Source of the DNA: Eledone cirrhosa
Taxonomy: Eukaryota
Reading direction: 5' to 3'
Length of the DNA stretch: 64,000 nt
NCBI GenBank assembly: GCA_964016885.1
Contig: OZ024741.1
Span: 184,760,001-184,824,000, forward strand
The notes beneath the pieces are model-generated. The model worked only from the letters and a program-made list of their open reading frames with translations, made no database searches and was not told the DNA's origin. Positions 1 to 13,116 of the stretch are shown here, piece after piece (the stretch's first letter is position 1; every line of letters begins with the position of its first letter). Both the position numbers and the translations under genes were made by a program.

Positions 1-44
1 TGCGCATAATAAAATACATGGAGCTCTTCTAACCATCTTTTGTT

Positions 45-93
<49 letters not shown>

Positions 94-133
94 TTATATA
101 TATATATATGACAACATTCTAAAGCGACATTTA

Positions 134-304
134 TGCCAGTATCGGACGCCATACTTTGTAGCTTAGAGTTACGGTCATTTACGGTCTGAGTTCAAATCCC
201 GCCGTGGTTAACTTTGCCATTTATTCTTACAGGGTCGATAAAATAAAGCCCCAGTAATGCACTGGGATAATTGCTGGCCTTGTGCCCAAAGTAGAAATAA
301 TTAT
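134..304 (+). mobile_element. tRNA-derived SINE, family A (Meta-SINE-like core), 5'-eroded
   Basis: B-box-like GAGTTCAAATCCC, then TTTGCCATTTATTCTTACAGGGTCGATAAAATAAAG and a GTAGAAATAATTAT end; matches the other family A copies. Confidence 0.85.
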
Positions 305-467
305 TTACTGAAAACATTCTTAAGTAATATTTTTATAGTTTTCAAAATGATATTTATTTGCCAAACCATATGTGAATTAAAGAAATTATATGTATCTATA
401 CGGAATAGTATCGAAGGAATTTTTTGAAAGTATATCTAGCTCATGTGTTGCAGTAGTTAAAAGAATG

Positions 468-644
468 ATTTCTAGTATAGGCAATATTCGACCCCAGTAC
501 GTTATTGGTGCTTTATTTTATCGACCCTGTAAGGCTGAAAGGCAAAGGTAACCTCGGCGGGATTTGAACTCAGGCAGTATAGGACCAGAATTCTATACTA
601 CACAGCATGGTGTCCGGCTCTACCGATACTGCTAATCCACCACC
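468..644 (-). mobile_element. tRNA-derived SINE related to family A
   Basis: Reverse-complement TTTTATCGACCC...GAAAGGCAAAG...CTCGGCGGGATTTGAACTCAG...CTACCGATACTGC. Confidence 0.8.
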
Positions 645-1036
645 CTTGGCAGTAGTTAAAAGCATGTCGGTTTTCTCATAATTCAAAATTCGGTTTTATG
701 AGCGTTTGGTTATTTGTCCCTCTCCTACACACATACAGACACACACAAAAACAACAACACACACACTGGGAACAAGGGGTGCAGACTTTCTGTACATACT
801 GGTATATGAATTCGTCGTAATAGTCTTACGTGACAAAGATGCTCTTGACGTTAAAAGAAAACGGAGAGGAGAGTAAAAGGTGGTCATGCTGGATAGAACA
901 TAAAACACCTACTACCTCTAATGTGTGTGAGTGTGTATGTGTGTACACATATTTATGCATACGTGCATTTCTCTCTCTCTCTCTTTATCATATATATATA
1001 AAAATCTATATCTATATGTATATCTATATCGATGCA

Positions 1037-1137
<101 letters not shown>

Positions 1138-1279
1138 ATATATATATATATATATATAGTAATGATAATAAATTTGAAGTCTAAAATCCAAAGAGGGCTC
1201 GATAATGATAAAGTTCAGAAGCTCCCGTTAAGGGTGAAAGCAGCGATTCTCTGCTTAAACTTTAATCTGTTATTTTAAT

Positions 1280-1340
<61 letters not shown>

Positions 1341-2186
1341 GTTCGACTTTCTTCACTATGTTCCAACATTTTCAACTTATTGCGTGTGAAGATTTTGCAT
1401 GTAAAGGTCATAGATTTGGTGAGCAAGACGAAATTATCCATTCTTACATTGATCACAGAATTATAAACTGGCATTACACAAAAGATCAATTATCTATTTA
1501 ATATTTATGATAATGTCGCCACAACACCCATACATGCACATATAGAATCACACCATAATACGAAATAATGATGGCAGAATTCTAAAAGCAAATCGTGAGA
1601 TTTCTACCAAGACAGAAGGCCATTAATTATTGTATATTGTTCCTTTAATGTTGTGTAAGGAGAAACCTGCAACAGGGAATATCATTAATAGCAACAACAA
1701 CAACAACAAAAGCAGTGACAGCAACAATGACATTAATAACCACAGCACCACAGCAATAATAGCAACAATAATAATCAAAACTACAATTGTAACAGAACAT
1801 GAAATATAACAACAACAGCAACAACAAAAAACACAACAATAAAAATAATTATATTTATGGCTTCTTTATCCTGAATACGTCATCCATTTTTCAAGACGCT
1901 ACAGATGAAATTTGAAGGAGATTTTGGCGGCAATTTCTAGCAGGTCTACCGACATTGTAAGATAATATCTTCCGTTGGTTGGAAGGCGAAACAAAAAGGG
2001 GCCTAAGAAGGTCATTGTATAATGTAATGTAATGTGCTACATCGTGGTAGTCTATTTAATTATAATAGCAGGACAAGTTTTAGGAGTAGATACAGCCAGA
2101 TTATGTCTTCTGACTCAACTGGAGACATTTATTTAAGATGGCTGTGTCATTAAACACTTCAGGACGTATCTATGGTTGGCGAGAAA

Positions 2187-2258
<72 letters not shown>

Positions 2259-2353
2259 GAAAAGAAGAAAGAGAAGGAAAATAAAATGTTGAGGAAAAAA
2301 GGATACGTAAGAGAATAGGAATATGTGTGTGTGGAAGGGTGTTTACAGGCACA

Positions 2354-2429
<76 letters not shown>

Positions 2430-2485
2430 TATATAAGCATATATATTATATATGTGTGGCGTGCGTGTGTGAGTGTGAATAGATA

Positions 2486-2600
2486 TCTTTCTTTATTTGC
2501 CACAGGGGCGTACAAAAAAGGAGACATTACAAGACGTGACGGCGGGGGTTTTACATAAAAATCGTATAAACTTTAACATTAATAAATAACAATAAACTAT
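2486..2600 (-). mobile_element. Probable 3' terminus of the Tx1/L1-like LINE interrupted by the PLE at 2601-4742
   Basis: Minus strand ends GTGGCAAATAAAGAAAGA (polyA signal); contiguous with 4753-5620 once the PLE and one AATAAACTAT copy are removed. Confidence 0.5.
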
Positions 2601-2653
2601 TTTTACCTATTCTACACACACTACCAGCCCACGTCTGCAGCTCAAAGGAAGTC

Positions 2654-3934
2654 TTGGAGCGACTACACCATCTGGCGCCCAACACCAGAAAGGACAACGG
2701 TTATGCCTTCAGTCTTGATGTGGTCGCCCTTTATACCTCCGTACCAGCATCCCCAGCTGTCGACCTGTTGACCGAACGAGTCCGAGCATCTAACTTACAC
2801 TGCTTCGGACTCACACACACGGACATCCACCAACTCCTCTCCTTCGTTGTGGATAATGCACTCTTCAATTTCCTCGGCCACACGTACAAACAAATCTCTG
2901 GGCTACCTATGGGCTCTAGTCTGTCCGGCATACTTGCGATCTCGTACATGGACCACCTGGAACGCAAGGCACTCAATACCTGCCAACCCAACGCCGTCGC
3001 CTTCTACTCCAGATACGTTGATGATATCCTGATACTTACTTCTTCCCGGGAGATGGCGAATGAAATTCACCAAATCTTCAACGATACTGACCATCACGTC
3101 GATTTCACCATCGAACACCCAGGAGAAGACGGGTCACTCGCCCTCCTCGACTTCCGTATCAACATCTCGGAAGAAGGAGACATAAACACCACCTTCTACC
3201 GCAAAGCAGCGTGCAAGGACTTATTTGTGCATTATAACTCAGCCCTCCCCAACAACGCTAAGAGAGGCTATGTCCTAAATGAACTGACACGGATCACTAA
3301 CAGATGCAGCGACCCGATGGGTGGTCTCACCCATACCACGCAATTCCGTAATCTACTCAGATCTAATGGTTATCCCAAGCGACTGATTAACGGAATTAGA
3401 GACCCCAGACCCAATAGACAGACACCCACTAGAAAATTAAATAATAGCAGGTGCTTCTTTAAAATCCCCCACCTGAGTGAATATACCACGAACGCCATCC
3501 GCAGGGCCATACGGACGGAGGGACTTGACATACATTTGGCCCACACAGGACCTTCGCTGCGAAGATGCCTCTCCAACAAACCCGACGAGTCAGATGGGAC
3601 GTGTTCCCTCAGCAACTGCCCGATACGGGGGGCAGATTGCCTACGCACCTATGTCGTATATAAGATTCAATGCGATCAATGTAACAAGTGTTACATAGAT
3701 AGCACCATCCGACCCCTACATGTTCGTATCAAGGAACATATCAACACCAACGCATCTTCCTTCCGTAAACACATCCTTAAATGCGGAAACCCACAGGGTA
3801 GACCCTTGGTCACAGTCCTAGCGACTGAACGCAGCATCGGATCCTTAAGGATAAAGGAAGCACTTGTTATTAAGAACCTCAGACCCCTACTTAACAACCG
3901 GGCTGAGAGAAATGAGCTGACATGGCTAACTTAA
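2654..3934 (+). CDS. PLE reverse transcriptase (from motif A onward) fused to a C-terminal GIY-YIG endonuclease
   Basis: LDVVALYTSVP, QISGLPMGSSLS, RYVDD, LLDF, FYRK; VVYKIQCDQCNKCYIDST-R-LH-RIKEH; EALVI..LN. YIG reads YID and the N-terminus is missing, so probably inactive. Confidence 0.9.
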   Translation: MERLHHLAPNTRKDNGYAFSLDVVALYTSVPASPAVDLLTERVRASNLHCFGLTHTDIHQLLSFVVDNALFNFLGHTYKQISGLPMGSSLSGILAISYMDHLERKALNTCQPNAVAFYSRYVDDILILTSSREMANEIHQIFNDTDHHVDFTIEHPGEDGSLALLDFRINISEEGDINTTFYRKAACKDLFVHYNSALPNNAKRGYVLNELTRITNRCSDPMGGLTHTTQFRNLLRSNGYPKRLINGIRDPRPNRQTPTRKLNNSRCFFKIPHLSEYTTNAIRRAIRTEGLDIHLAHTGPSLRRCLSNKPDESDGTCSLSNCPIRGADCLRTYVVYKIQCDQCNKCYIDSTIRPLHVRIKEHINTNASSFRKHILKCGNPQGRPLVTVLATERSIGSLRIKEALVIKNLRPLLNNRAERNELTWLT

Positions 3935-4553
3935 CCATAGTGACCATTCACAGCCTACGGCCTGCTATCTTCACACACACGCACGTATATGCATACCCAT
4001 ACGCATACACACACACATCTATATTTATACACGCACATATGTTTTTACAACCTACCACCTTTCACACCCTTTGATTTCCAACTTCTACAGCCCACTATCT
4101 TTCACACACACACACACAAACGCACTCACACATATACACACACAGTTACACACACATGTATACCCATACGCTTACACACACACACATCTATATTTATACA
4201 CGCACACATGTTTTACAACCTACCACCTTTCACACCCTTTGATTTCCAGCTTCTACAGCCCACTATCTTTCACACACACACACACTCACACATATACACA
4301 CTTACACTTATACACACACAGTTACACACACATATATATTTACACACACATATCTTACGGCTTTCACACGCTAGCGCACCCTCTTGATTTAACCCATTTG
4401 GTCAGTAGCTTTTGCCACAGCCTATCACGCGCACGCGCATTCTTTCCCTCGTTTAAATTTTAAATAATTTTCTCCCCATAACGGCATTCCTGTCTTAACG
4501 ACATCACAACTTTCTCCGCTTGGCCTGTTCCCCCCCCCCCCCTTTTGGAACTT

Positions 4554-4589
4554 TCCCCCGTTGATGGGCGTGAGCCCGAAATATTGGGA
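4554..4589 (+). ncRNA. Degenerate minimal hammerhead ribozyme in the PLE 3' region
   Basis: TCCC-CCGTTGA-T-GGGC GTGA GCCC-GAAA-TA-TT-GGGA; stems I and II intact, two changes in the CUGANGA core. Confidence 0.55.
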
Positions 4590-4752
4590 TTAAATCTCTA
4601 CTACGGTAACCCTTCTACCTTTGTTTTGTTTTCATCTTTGTCTCTCTCAATTTTCACTTTCACCTGTTTTTCCTATCTATCTTTCACTTCCTACCTCGAG
4701 ATTTCCCTCTGCATTGTTGTGGCTTTCTTAAATACGTATTTTAATAAACTAT

Positions 4753-5620
4753 ATGTAATAAAATAACAATTGAAATCCCCAATAGGGGGAAACGTTACTG
4801 CAGGGTTGTTTTACACCCCGTGGATAGAACAACCCTCAACACCAGGAACACGTTTTGTAGGTGTTCCTGTCTTCCCTCTGTTTATCTTCCTCAACCTACA
4901 GGTTTATATACAGAGAAGGCCCATTCACTCGGGCCATTTTTGCCACATTCACCCACCTTTCAGCGAATTTACTGGGGTGTAGCACCTCTCTCTCACTCTC
5001 ACCTTCCTTCTGAAGTGATACTTAAAGAAGGGGATAAGTTGTTGTCCGGAGAGAACGGTGTTTGCCCTCAGTCCTTTTAACCTCGTCCACCATATTACCT
5101 CTTTCGCAATAGCCACCAGACAGAGGAAAACCGCTTCTCCTTTGTTCTTAAATGAAGGCGGCGGGGTGATCCTCACGATGGACTCGGCTGACAACTGGAT
5201 GCGTCTCACACGTGGCAGCAGCTGTTCGACATAATTCCACAGGTCGCTCACCCCTGGGCACTGAACAATTGCGTGCAGAACGGTTTCGATGTCCTGCTTG
5301 CATCTTGGACAGGTCCTTTTGACAGGATCTCTGCCAGGGCGTCCGTGCCTGTAGATTTTGTCTCGAACTGGTAGAGCTCCTCGGTAGCACTGCCAGGCCA
5401 GAGACCTCTGGAAGTTATCCATAGGCCTGGACGGAAAGACCTCCCGAACAGACTGGTCAGTTCGTCCTCCTCGATGCCTAGAGTTTCCCCGAGAACGTCG
5501 TCGCACTTATCCTCCACTAATCCCCTATAGAATGTGGAAGTAGAATCTCCGCTGAGTGCCGTTTCCGCTTGGTAGAGGGCTGTGAGCGCCTGTAGGCACT
5601 CGAGGTGCCAGGCACCCATT
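4753..5620 (-). mobile_element. Tx1/L1-like LINE ORF2 C-terminal fragment (zf-RVT) and 3' UTR
   Basis: SLAWQCYRGALPVRDK...CPRCKQDIETVLHAIVQCP...LWNYV, split over two frames. Confidence 0.8.
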
Positions 5621-5938
5621 TTCGTGGAAGAGCTTGTGATTGTGAATAGATAGATGGACAGACATATACATAAATAGATAGAGAGAGAGAGAAAGCAAGA
5701 GATAGTGTGTTAGTAGGTCTGAGTGTGTGCGTGTGCGTATGCGTGTGGGTTTTGGAGAATGCGGTGATCTGTGTAAAAGAAACGGGTAATATATATGGAC
5801 GTATACATGTTACATAAATTTCTTATATATACATATATTCCATATGCATATCTCTTCCAAACTATCATGTAATTACCTGTTCTTTCCATATCCGAACTAT
5901 AAACATACATACTAACACACATACATATATATATATAT

Positions 5939-6034
<96 letters not shown>

Positions 6035-6154
6035 ATATTTGCTCTACGGTTCTTATTTGATATATATTTATCCTTATCGAGCCTTCTTTGGATTTTAGTC
6101 TTCAAATTTATAATTATTACTATATATATATATAAGTATATAAGTATATATAAT

Positions 6155-6280
<126 letters not shown>

Positions 6281-6794
6281 TGTATGTGTATGAGTATGTT
6301 TGTATGTATGAACCTGCAATTTGTGGTAAAACCGTAAAGGAATCGTAGGGTCATACCGTATTTGTTGGGCATTTTAATAACCTGGTGGAGATCATCTAAT
6401 CTCCAAGTCTGATGACTGACCTTGTGGTTGTCTGCTCAATACGAAGCTTGACCATTTGAGTGTACATGATGTTTAGTTTTTACATGTGATCTTATGTCCC
6501 TTTTTAAACACACCATTCTTTGAAAAATGCATCCACATAAATTGCACATAAGTTTTATTGCAGCTTGAACTGATTCTGTATCTTGATGAACTTTGAAATG
6601 TCTCTTTAGACCTCCTTGAAATTTGCAGATCTTATGGCATATGTGCCATTGATAAGGACGAACTGGTTTGTATGTTATATAATCAGTAGGACGTGTCCTA
6701 TTGTGTGCTCATATGAGATTAAAGTCCAGCTTTAGACAGGAGGATTCTGCAACAAATTGTATAAGTAGAAAAACTTCCATTATTTTCATATTCC

Positions 6795-6980
6795 GGTGGA
6801 TTGGCAGTATCGGTAGAGTGTCGGACGCCATGCTTTCCAGCATAGTTACGTCCCTTTACGATCTGAGTTCAAATCCCGCCGAGGTTGACTTTGCCTTTCA
6901 TCCTTACGGGGTCGATAAAATAAAGTACCAGTAATGCACTAGGTAATTGCTGGCCTTGTGCCTAAAGTAGAAACAATTAT
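6795..6980 (+). mobile_element. tRNA-derived SINE, family A
   Basis: GGTGGATTGGCAGTATCGGTAG...GAGTTCAAATCCCGCCGAGG...CCTTTCATCCTTACGGGGTCGATAAAATAAAGTACCAG...GTAGAAACAATTAT. Confidence 0.9.
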
Positions 6981-7089
6981 TTTCATATTCCTTTATTGAC
7001 TGTTTTTTGTTATAATCCTCTCAATATCTACTTGTGTTAGCCTGTTTTGCTCAAAGAATGTTCATACCATCCCATATTTATTTGTCAGG

Positions 7090-8100
7090 TGAACACGTTG
7101 CTCTTAAATTCAGAGAGCAAGGTAGCAAAATATATTGTAAAGAGAATAGGTGCATGAAGGTCTATTTGTTTCACACTACTTCCCGCTGGAAAAACATTTC
7201 AGGGAGTGTGCCCCCCAGAGTTAAATCTGGCTTTCTGTCTTTATGAAGATCCTTCAATACATTTAAAAACTTTTGAGAGCATCCAAATTCAGTCACAACG
7301 AAACATAAGGTATTCCTATTAACAGTATCGAATGCCTTACTGAGATCAACAAAACGATAGTAGAGATTGAGGTTCTGTTGAAATACATTTTTCCTGCAGT
7401 TGTCTGATTGTGAAGATCATATCATTAGTGTCTCTTCTTACATTGTGACTCTGATATGATTCTTGGCACTCTGAACTGATTAAGACTTTCTTATAAAACA
7501 CGGGCTAAAAGCTTACTGACAACAGACAATAGGGAAATGCCGTTCAAATTACCAAACTGAACATTGGCACCGGAGTTGAAAAGGAAGATCAAGATAGCAT
7601 CAATCCGGTCTTTTCGTACTTCCTCTTTCCTCGAACAGTGGAGTATTGCCATGGGGCATGGTTCAACCATTTTCCCATATCTGTGCCTGAGAAACTCAGC
7701 ATTAATACCATCCAGGCAAGGAGAAGTATGGCTATTTAATTTCTGAATAGCAAATGCATGTCCTTTCTAGTTGGTTCTGATGACACTTTATCTACAATTG
7801 GGTAACTTTTCATTGATTCAATAGACGGTCTGTTTAGGAGTTCAAAGAAGTGTTCTGCCCAGTTGTTCTGAATGGAGACAATATCAGCTAAGAGTGACTG
7901 ATTATCTACTGTTCCTACAGGTGATATTGAACAGGATTGTGGACAATACACTTCTTTAATGTAGAGAAACATTCCTTAGAGTCATTGCAACCTACTGTCT
8001 CTTGTGCATGCACGGCCTTATCATGCAACGATTGCCGTTTAATATTTCTCAAAGCAATTGGCACCTGTTTTAGTCGCTTATAAGTGTTATTACAATTAAA
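7090..8100 (-). mobile_element. Degenerate RTE (BovB-like) LINE RT fragment
   Basis: Minus strand reads DMIFTIRQLQEKC...FVDLSKAFDTVNR near 7320-7430 and WAEHFFELLNRPS near 7820-7865; many disablements. Confidence 0.8.
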
Positions 8101-8189
8101 ATTGATTGATCAGGAAATAGGTTTTGAGAAATATTTGGTTTGTACTCAATTCACATATTTTATGGTTGTTATCCGAGACGTGTCACCTA

Positions 8190-8385
8190 GAATGTAGTCA
8201 GGCACTAACAGCTCTCTACCAATCGACCAATGGGGTGAGTGGAAATTTCACTCTAGTGTCCTAAAGATGCCTCGTAGTGAGCAAGAGCGACGACGTTCTC
8301 GTTGAGACTCTAGGTGTCAATGAGGATGACCTAGCTAGTCTTTCCCGGAGAACTTTCGATCCGGAGATTATAGATAATCTTAATA
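8190..8385 (+). mobile_element. Short fragment of the same Tx1-like family as 4753-5620
   Basis: SDDVLVETLGVNEDDLASL aligns with CDDVLGETLGIEEDELTSL. Confidence 0.75.
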
Positions 8386-8575
8386 AATCTATGGTCGTCA
8401 AATTGGATCACAACCTAGAATTTCCTACCCTCATTGTCGAAACAAAAATTGGCTTAGCAAGCCATCTTCTTACACAGAGAACAAACATTTTCTTCTCATC
8501 GCCATTCTTTTTATCTTAAGTGTATGAACTCATGCTCACCTTCGATACTGAGGGAGAATTATTCATATATATACA

Positions 8576-8626
<51 letters not shown>

Positions 8627-8776
8627 ATACTTTGGGAGGGTCATGTTGCCAATAAGAAACACACGCACCAGTTGCTTTCACTTCAATTTATTATATATTT
8701 ATAAATTTATAAATTTATAAATTTATAAATTTCTGGTTGGTTGGTTGGTTCCACAACCAGATAGTTGTTTATATAT

Positions 8777-8821
8777 AGTCATAGTTCTTTCGTCACACAC
8801 TCTGTGACCTCTTCAGTGACT
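8777..8821 (-). ncRNA. Type I hammerhead ribozyme (inverted pLTR)
   Basis: AGTCA-CTGAAGA-G-GTCACA GAGTG TGTGAC-GAAA-GAAC-TA-TGACT. Confidence 0.8.
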
Positions 8822-9853
8822 GGGGAATCCTCTCTTTGTTTCTGTGCCTCTCCTTTGTTCTGTCCTACGCCATTTTGTTTCTGTGTGTGTGTTGTGTGCT
8901 CAGTCTGCGCATGCGCCACATCCGGGTGTCTGTGTGTGTTTATGTTCATTTATTTATTTGTTTATTTACATGTTACTGGTTGGTTGTTTGTTCTGTGTGT
9001 GTGTGTGTGTTTTCATTTTGTCCTTAATTGTAAGTTGTGATGTTGCTGTTCCACTCATATTTTCTATTTAATTTTGGTTGTAATTGTTTTATGTTTATTG
9101 CCTCTGTAATTTGTCTAAACATTGCGTCTTTTCTGTGTGTAGATTCTATTTTTATTTCTATGTTCTCTAATTTACCCTTGTGTTCTATTTTAGCATGTTG
9201 GTAGAGTACAGATGATTATTTATTATCTTGAAGATATCCCGACAAAATTGACGGTATAAATATGGCCGACACCTCATTAACAGAAGAGTTCAACAACAAC
9301 AACAACACAAATATATATGGTAACGCAAGAATAGATGACGATGAGATGTCTGTGTTATGTTTACCCCCGAAATTTGCGACATTCAAGAATATGATTAGTT
9401 GTCTGTCAGAAATAGAAAAATCATTTACAAAACTACGCTGGAGCCTCAAAAACAAAAACCAAAAACAAAAGCAACAATATACGCACACACATATACAACA
9501 CACATCCCAACAACAACAACAATAACAACATACCCAGAAACAACAACAGACACGCAGACACAAACAACAATAACAACACACACAACAACAATAACATACA
9601 CGGAGACAACAACAACACACATCAACAACAGCACACATCAACAACAACAACACACACGCATTCAATGCCTCTCACCATCACCACAATCTTAACAAACACA
9701 CAGACACAGAAAACAAGTAATCACAGTAGCACAGAAATCACAGAAATAAGGGAAAAGTAATAGGATTAAAAGGAGAGGGAGACTAAGGACAAAGAGAATA
9801 ACCAAGACGAACACACAGACACACAAAATAGGGTAGATAACAACAATGAGCCA

Positions 9854-12174
9854 GTGGAAAGAGACAGGAGTAATTATGAGAGACATAGAAACAACCATGA
9901 GGCTGTTGGTGGAAATAGAAATAGAAACAACACAACTAACAATAACAATAGCAATAGTACACATAAAGCAGCAGCCTGGAACTCTACGTTTTATAATCCC
10001 TCCGATAAATCATTCGACCTGCGACGAGTCCACGCCACGACTTTACCATTTAACAAACGCACGCAATTGCCGTCGCAGGTCGATGAACAAACAGAAGCAC
10101 AATTTAGTATAGCTAGATCCGAACTTAGAAATATTATAGAACAGTATAGCAAGAAGCATAATAGAATGGAGGCCCAGCAACTGGGAGAAAAATCTGCAAA
10201 TGGCTTGCGTAAGCTCATGCAGCGCTCACGTAATGGAGAGATAGCATGCTTTCCAACAGACAAGTCTGGCAGAATGTCGGTTGACAGCCTGCCAAACTAC
10301 ATCCAGGCAATGCAACCCCACATCACTAACACAAGAGAGGTAACACCACAGGAGCATGAGGATAGAGAAAAAGCCCTTAATGCCCATATGGTGATGTAGA
10401 CGAATATAATGCAGCCCAACAAAAGGACTGCCAACAACTTCCAGGCCTGGAACAATAACGTGCCGGCGTTGTATGGGCTTCGAAAAGACCATAAAACGGG
10501 CTGTGACCCTGTCGCGGGACCACCAACACGGCCAGTCTGTGGAGCTAACATTGCTAGTAACTACAGACTGTCCTACTTCCTCTCCTTGATCATACGCCCC
10601 ATCATTGAAATGTCCCCAGATGTATGTGACAGCACGGAGGACCTCCTCAGCAGAATCGGTGTGAGTAACCGATCTGGGGACCTAACAAACTGCATAATAG
10701 GCAGTATGGATGTTGTGTCCTTGTATCCCTCTATTGACGTGGATTTTGCTGTGGAGAAATGCGTAGAAATGATCAGTGAGAGCAAGGTTGAATTCCGTGG
10801 GATTGATACCAGTGAGCTGGGACTCCTACTTAAGCTTACCTATAGTAATAGTTACCTAGACACATATGACCTTAGCAACCTGTGCCCTACAAGACCAGCA
10901 AGAGGCAGACCACCTACCATTACCTCAATGGCCAAGAAAACCCACACAGATAGATGGAACGGGTGGACCAGAGCCATACGGACACCCGAAAACCACGATG
11001 AACTGAAGAAAATGATTGCACATGCGGTAGGGGTCAGCATAAAACTAACCCTTAAGGAACATATGTTCAAATTTAATGGAAAAACATATGCCCAAGAGGA
11101 AGGAGCAGCCATTGGTGTTAGCATTGCAGGCGACATAGCAAACTTATTCATGGTATGGTGGGACAGTAGACTTAAACTTAAACTTAAAGAACAATTAGAA
11201 GATCCCTTAACCCTGATAATGTACTCCCGCTACGTAGATGATATAAACATCGTAGTTAAGACACCCCCACTAGAGAACAGTCAGGAACTAGAGAAAAACA
11301 CAATGGAAAGCATCCAGCAAATAGCAAACTCAATCCACCAGAGCATTAGAGTTACTATAGCTACCCAAGTAAACACCCCAACCATCGATTACCTGTACTA
11401 GACACAGAGCTCTGGTTAGATACCATTAACAACAAAAAACAAATCCTCCATTCCCATTATGCCAAACCCATGACTTCCAAATATCTGATCCACCGAAACT
11501 CGGCCATTTCGGACCATACCAAAATCAACATACTGATTGCGGATTTGGTACGGGTGATGAGAAATGTGTCCCGCATGTGCCACTCCGAAGAACTAGAGAG
11601 CCACATACAACACTTCATCCACCGTATGCAGTTATCTGGCTACAATCAGAGAGATAAAATCAGAGTGTATAGAGGAGCCAGAACCAAATGGGAAAAAATG
11701 GTAAATAATGACATAAATGGGACCTGCCCCTTGTATAGGAGCAAATTTTGGAATAGAATAGAAAGAACTAGGAACAAGGCTAATAGAATAAACTCATGGT
11801 ATGATAGCAATAAATACCAGAGTGTAATGTTCATCGATACAACCCCTAGAGATGAATTAGCTTACAAATTTAGAAGGGCCCTAAATAAACATAAACTCAA
11901 TATTAAGATAGTAGAAAGACCAGGTACCTCAGTAAAAACACTTATTAGCATGCTCAAATAGAACACAAGGGTAAATTAGAGAACATAGAAATAAAAATAG
12001 AAATAAAAATAGAAATAAAAATAGAGAATTAGAGAACATAGAAATAAAAATAGAATCTACACACAGAAAAGACGCAATATTTAGACAAATTACAGAGGCA
12101 ATAAACATAAAAGAATTACAACCAAAATTAAATAGAAAATATGAGTGGAACAGCAACATCACAACTTACAATTA
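9854..12174 (+). pseudogene. Disrupted PLE RT-EN polyprotein (possibly Nematis-like, tentative)
   Basis: PTDKSG, LYGLRKDHK, RPV, SMDVVSLYPSI, QEEGAAIG, RYVDD, YPSKHPNHRLPVLD; TAG at 10397-10399, frameshift near 11360; GIY-YIG core missing at ~11946, its C-terminus RQITEAINI..LNRKYEW retained at ~12080-12150. Confidence 0.88.
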
Positions 12175-12377
12175 AGGACAAAATGAAAACACACACACAC
12201 ACATAGAACAAACAACCAACCAGTAACATGTAAATAAACAAATAAATAAATGAACATAAACACACACAGACACCCGGATGTGGCGCATGCGCAGACTGAG
12301 CACACAACACACACACATAAACAAAATGGCGTAGGACAGAACAAAGGAGAGGCACAGAAACAAAGAAAGGAATCCCC

Positions 12378-12422
12378 AGTCACTGAAGAGGTCACAGAGT
12401 GTGTGACGAAAGAACTATGGCT
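12378..12422 (+). ncRNA. Type I hammerhead ribozyme (3' pLTR)
   Basis: AGTCA-CTGAAGA-G-GTCACA GAGTG TGTGAC-GAAA-GAAC-TA-TGGCT. Confidence 0.8.
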
Positions 12423-12628
12423 ATATATAAACAACTATCTGATTGTGGAACCAACCAACCAACCAGAAATTTATAAATTTATAAATTTATAAATATATAA
12501 TAAATTGAAGTGAAAGCAACTGGTGCGTGTGCTTCTTATTGGCAACATGACCCTCCCAAAGTATAACAATATCGGTTTCAACACACGATTTCAGATAAAG
12601 AATCTTGCTAAACAAATTCAGAAACGAA

Positions 12629-12728
<100 letters not shown>

Positions 12729-13116
12729 GTGCGTGTGTGCGTGTGTACGTGTGTGTGTTTGTGTATTTGTATATGGGCGTGAGACTGTGCGTATGCACGT
12801 GTGTATATTTCTTTCAAACCTAAAATAACGTAGTTACGATACGAACTCGAAATCTATCCTTGTATGCATACAATTCAACTAATGAACGAATTTCAAAAGT
12901 TCTAGGGGAAATTTTACTTGTTTGAGATATTGTCATTATTCAAGAGATAATCAGCAGATCTTCATTTCTTATTTAAATCAAAACTCATAAATACTTAAAG
13001 GTGATATATGTAATTGTTTTGAAACGTATACCGTGATATATTACAAATGATGTAATAATAATGTATAGTATAATACAGGTATTATCATGGTAAATGTTAG
13101 GGTTATATATTTATAT

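Larger units (their letters stand above)
2601..4742 (+). mobile_element. Penelope/Poseidon-like retroelement, 5'-truncated
   Basis: RT + GIY-YIG ORF, CA-rich 3' UTR with an internal ~170 bp tandem duplication, degenerate hammerhead at 4554-4589, flanking AATAAACTAT repeats (2591-2600, 4743-4752). Confidence 0.85.
8621..12628 (+). mobile_element. PLE with inverted pseudo-LTR (8621-~9245) facing the body and 3' pLTR (11946-12570), plus a ~58 bp tail, inserted in (TA)n
   Basis: Arms are ~600 bp near-identical reverse complements, each with a hammerhead; the tail 12571-12628 is present only on the right; (TA)n on both sides. Confidence 0.9.

Noticed and set aside
10397-10399. In-frame stop as possible selenocysteine recoding (Naiad-type PLE)
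   Set aside because: The codon is TAG, not TGA, the endonuclease is C-terminal, and the copy has other disablements
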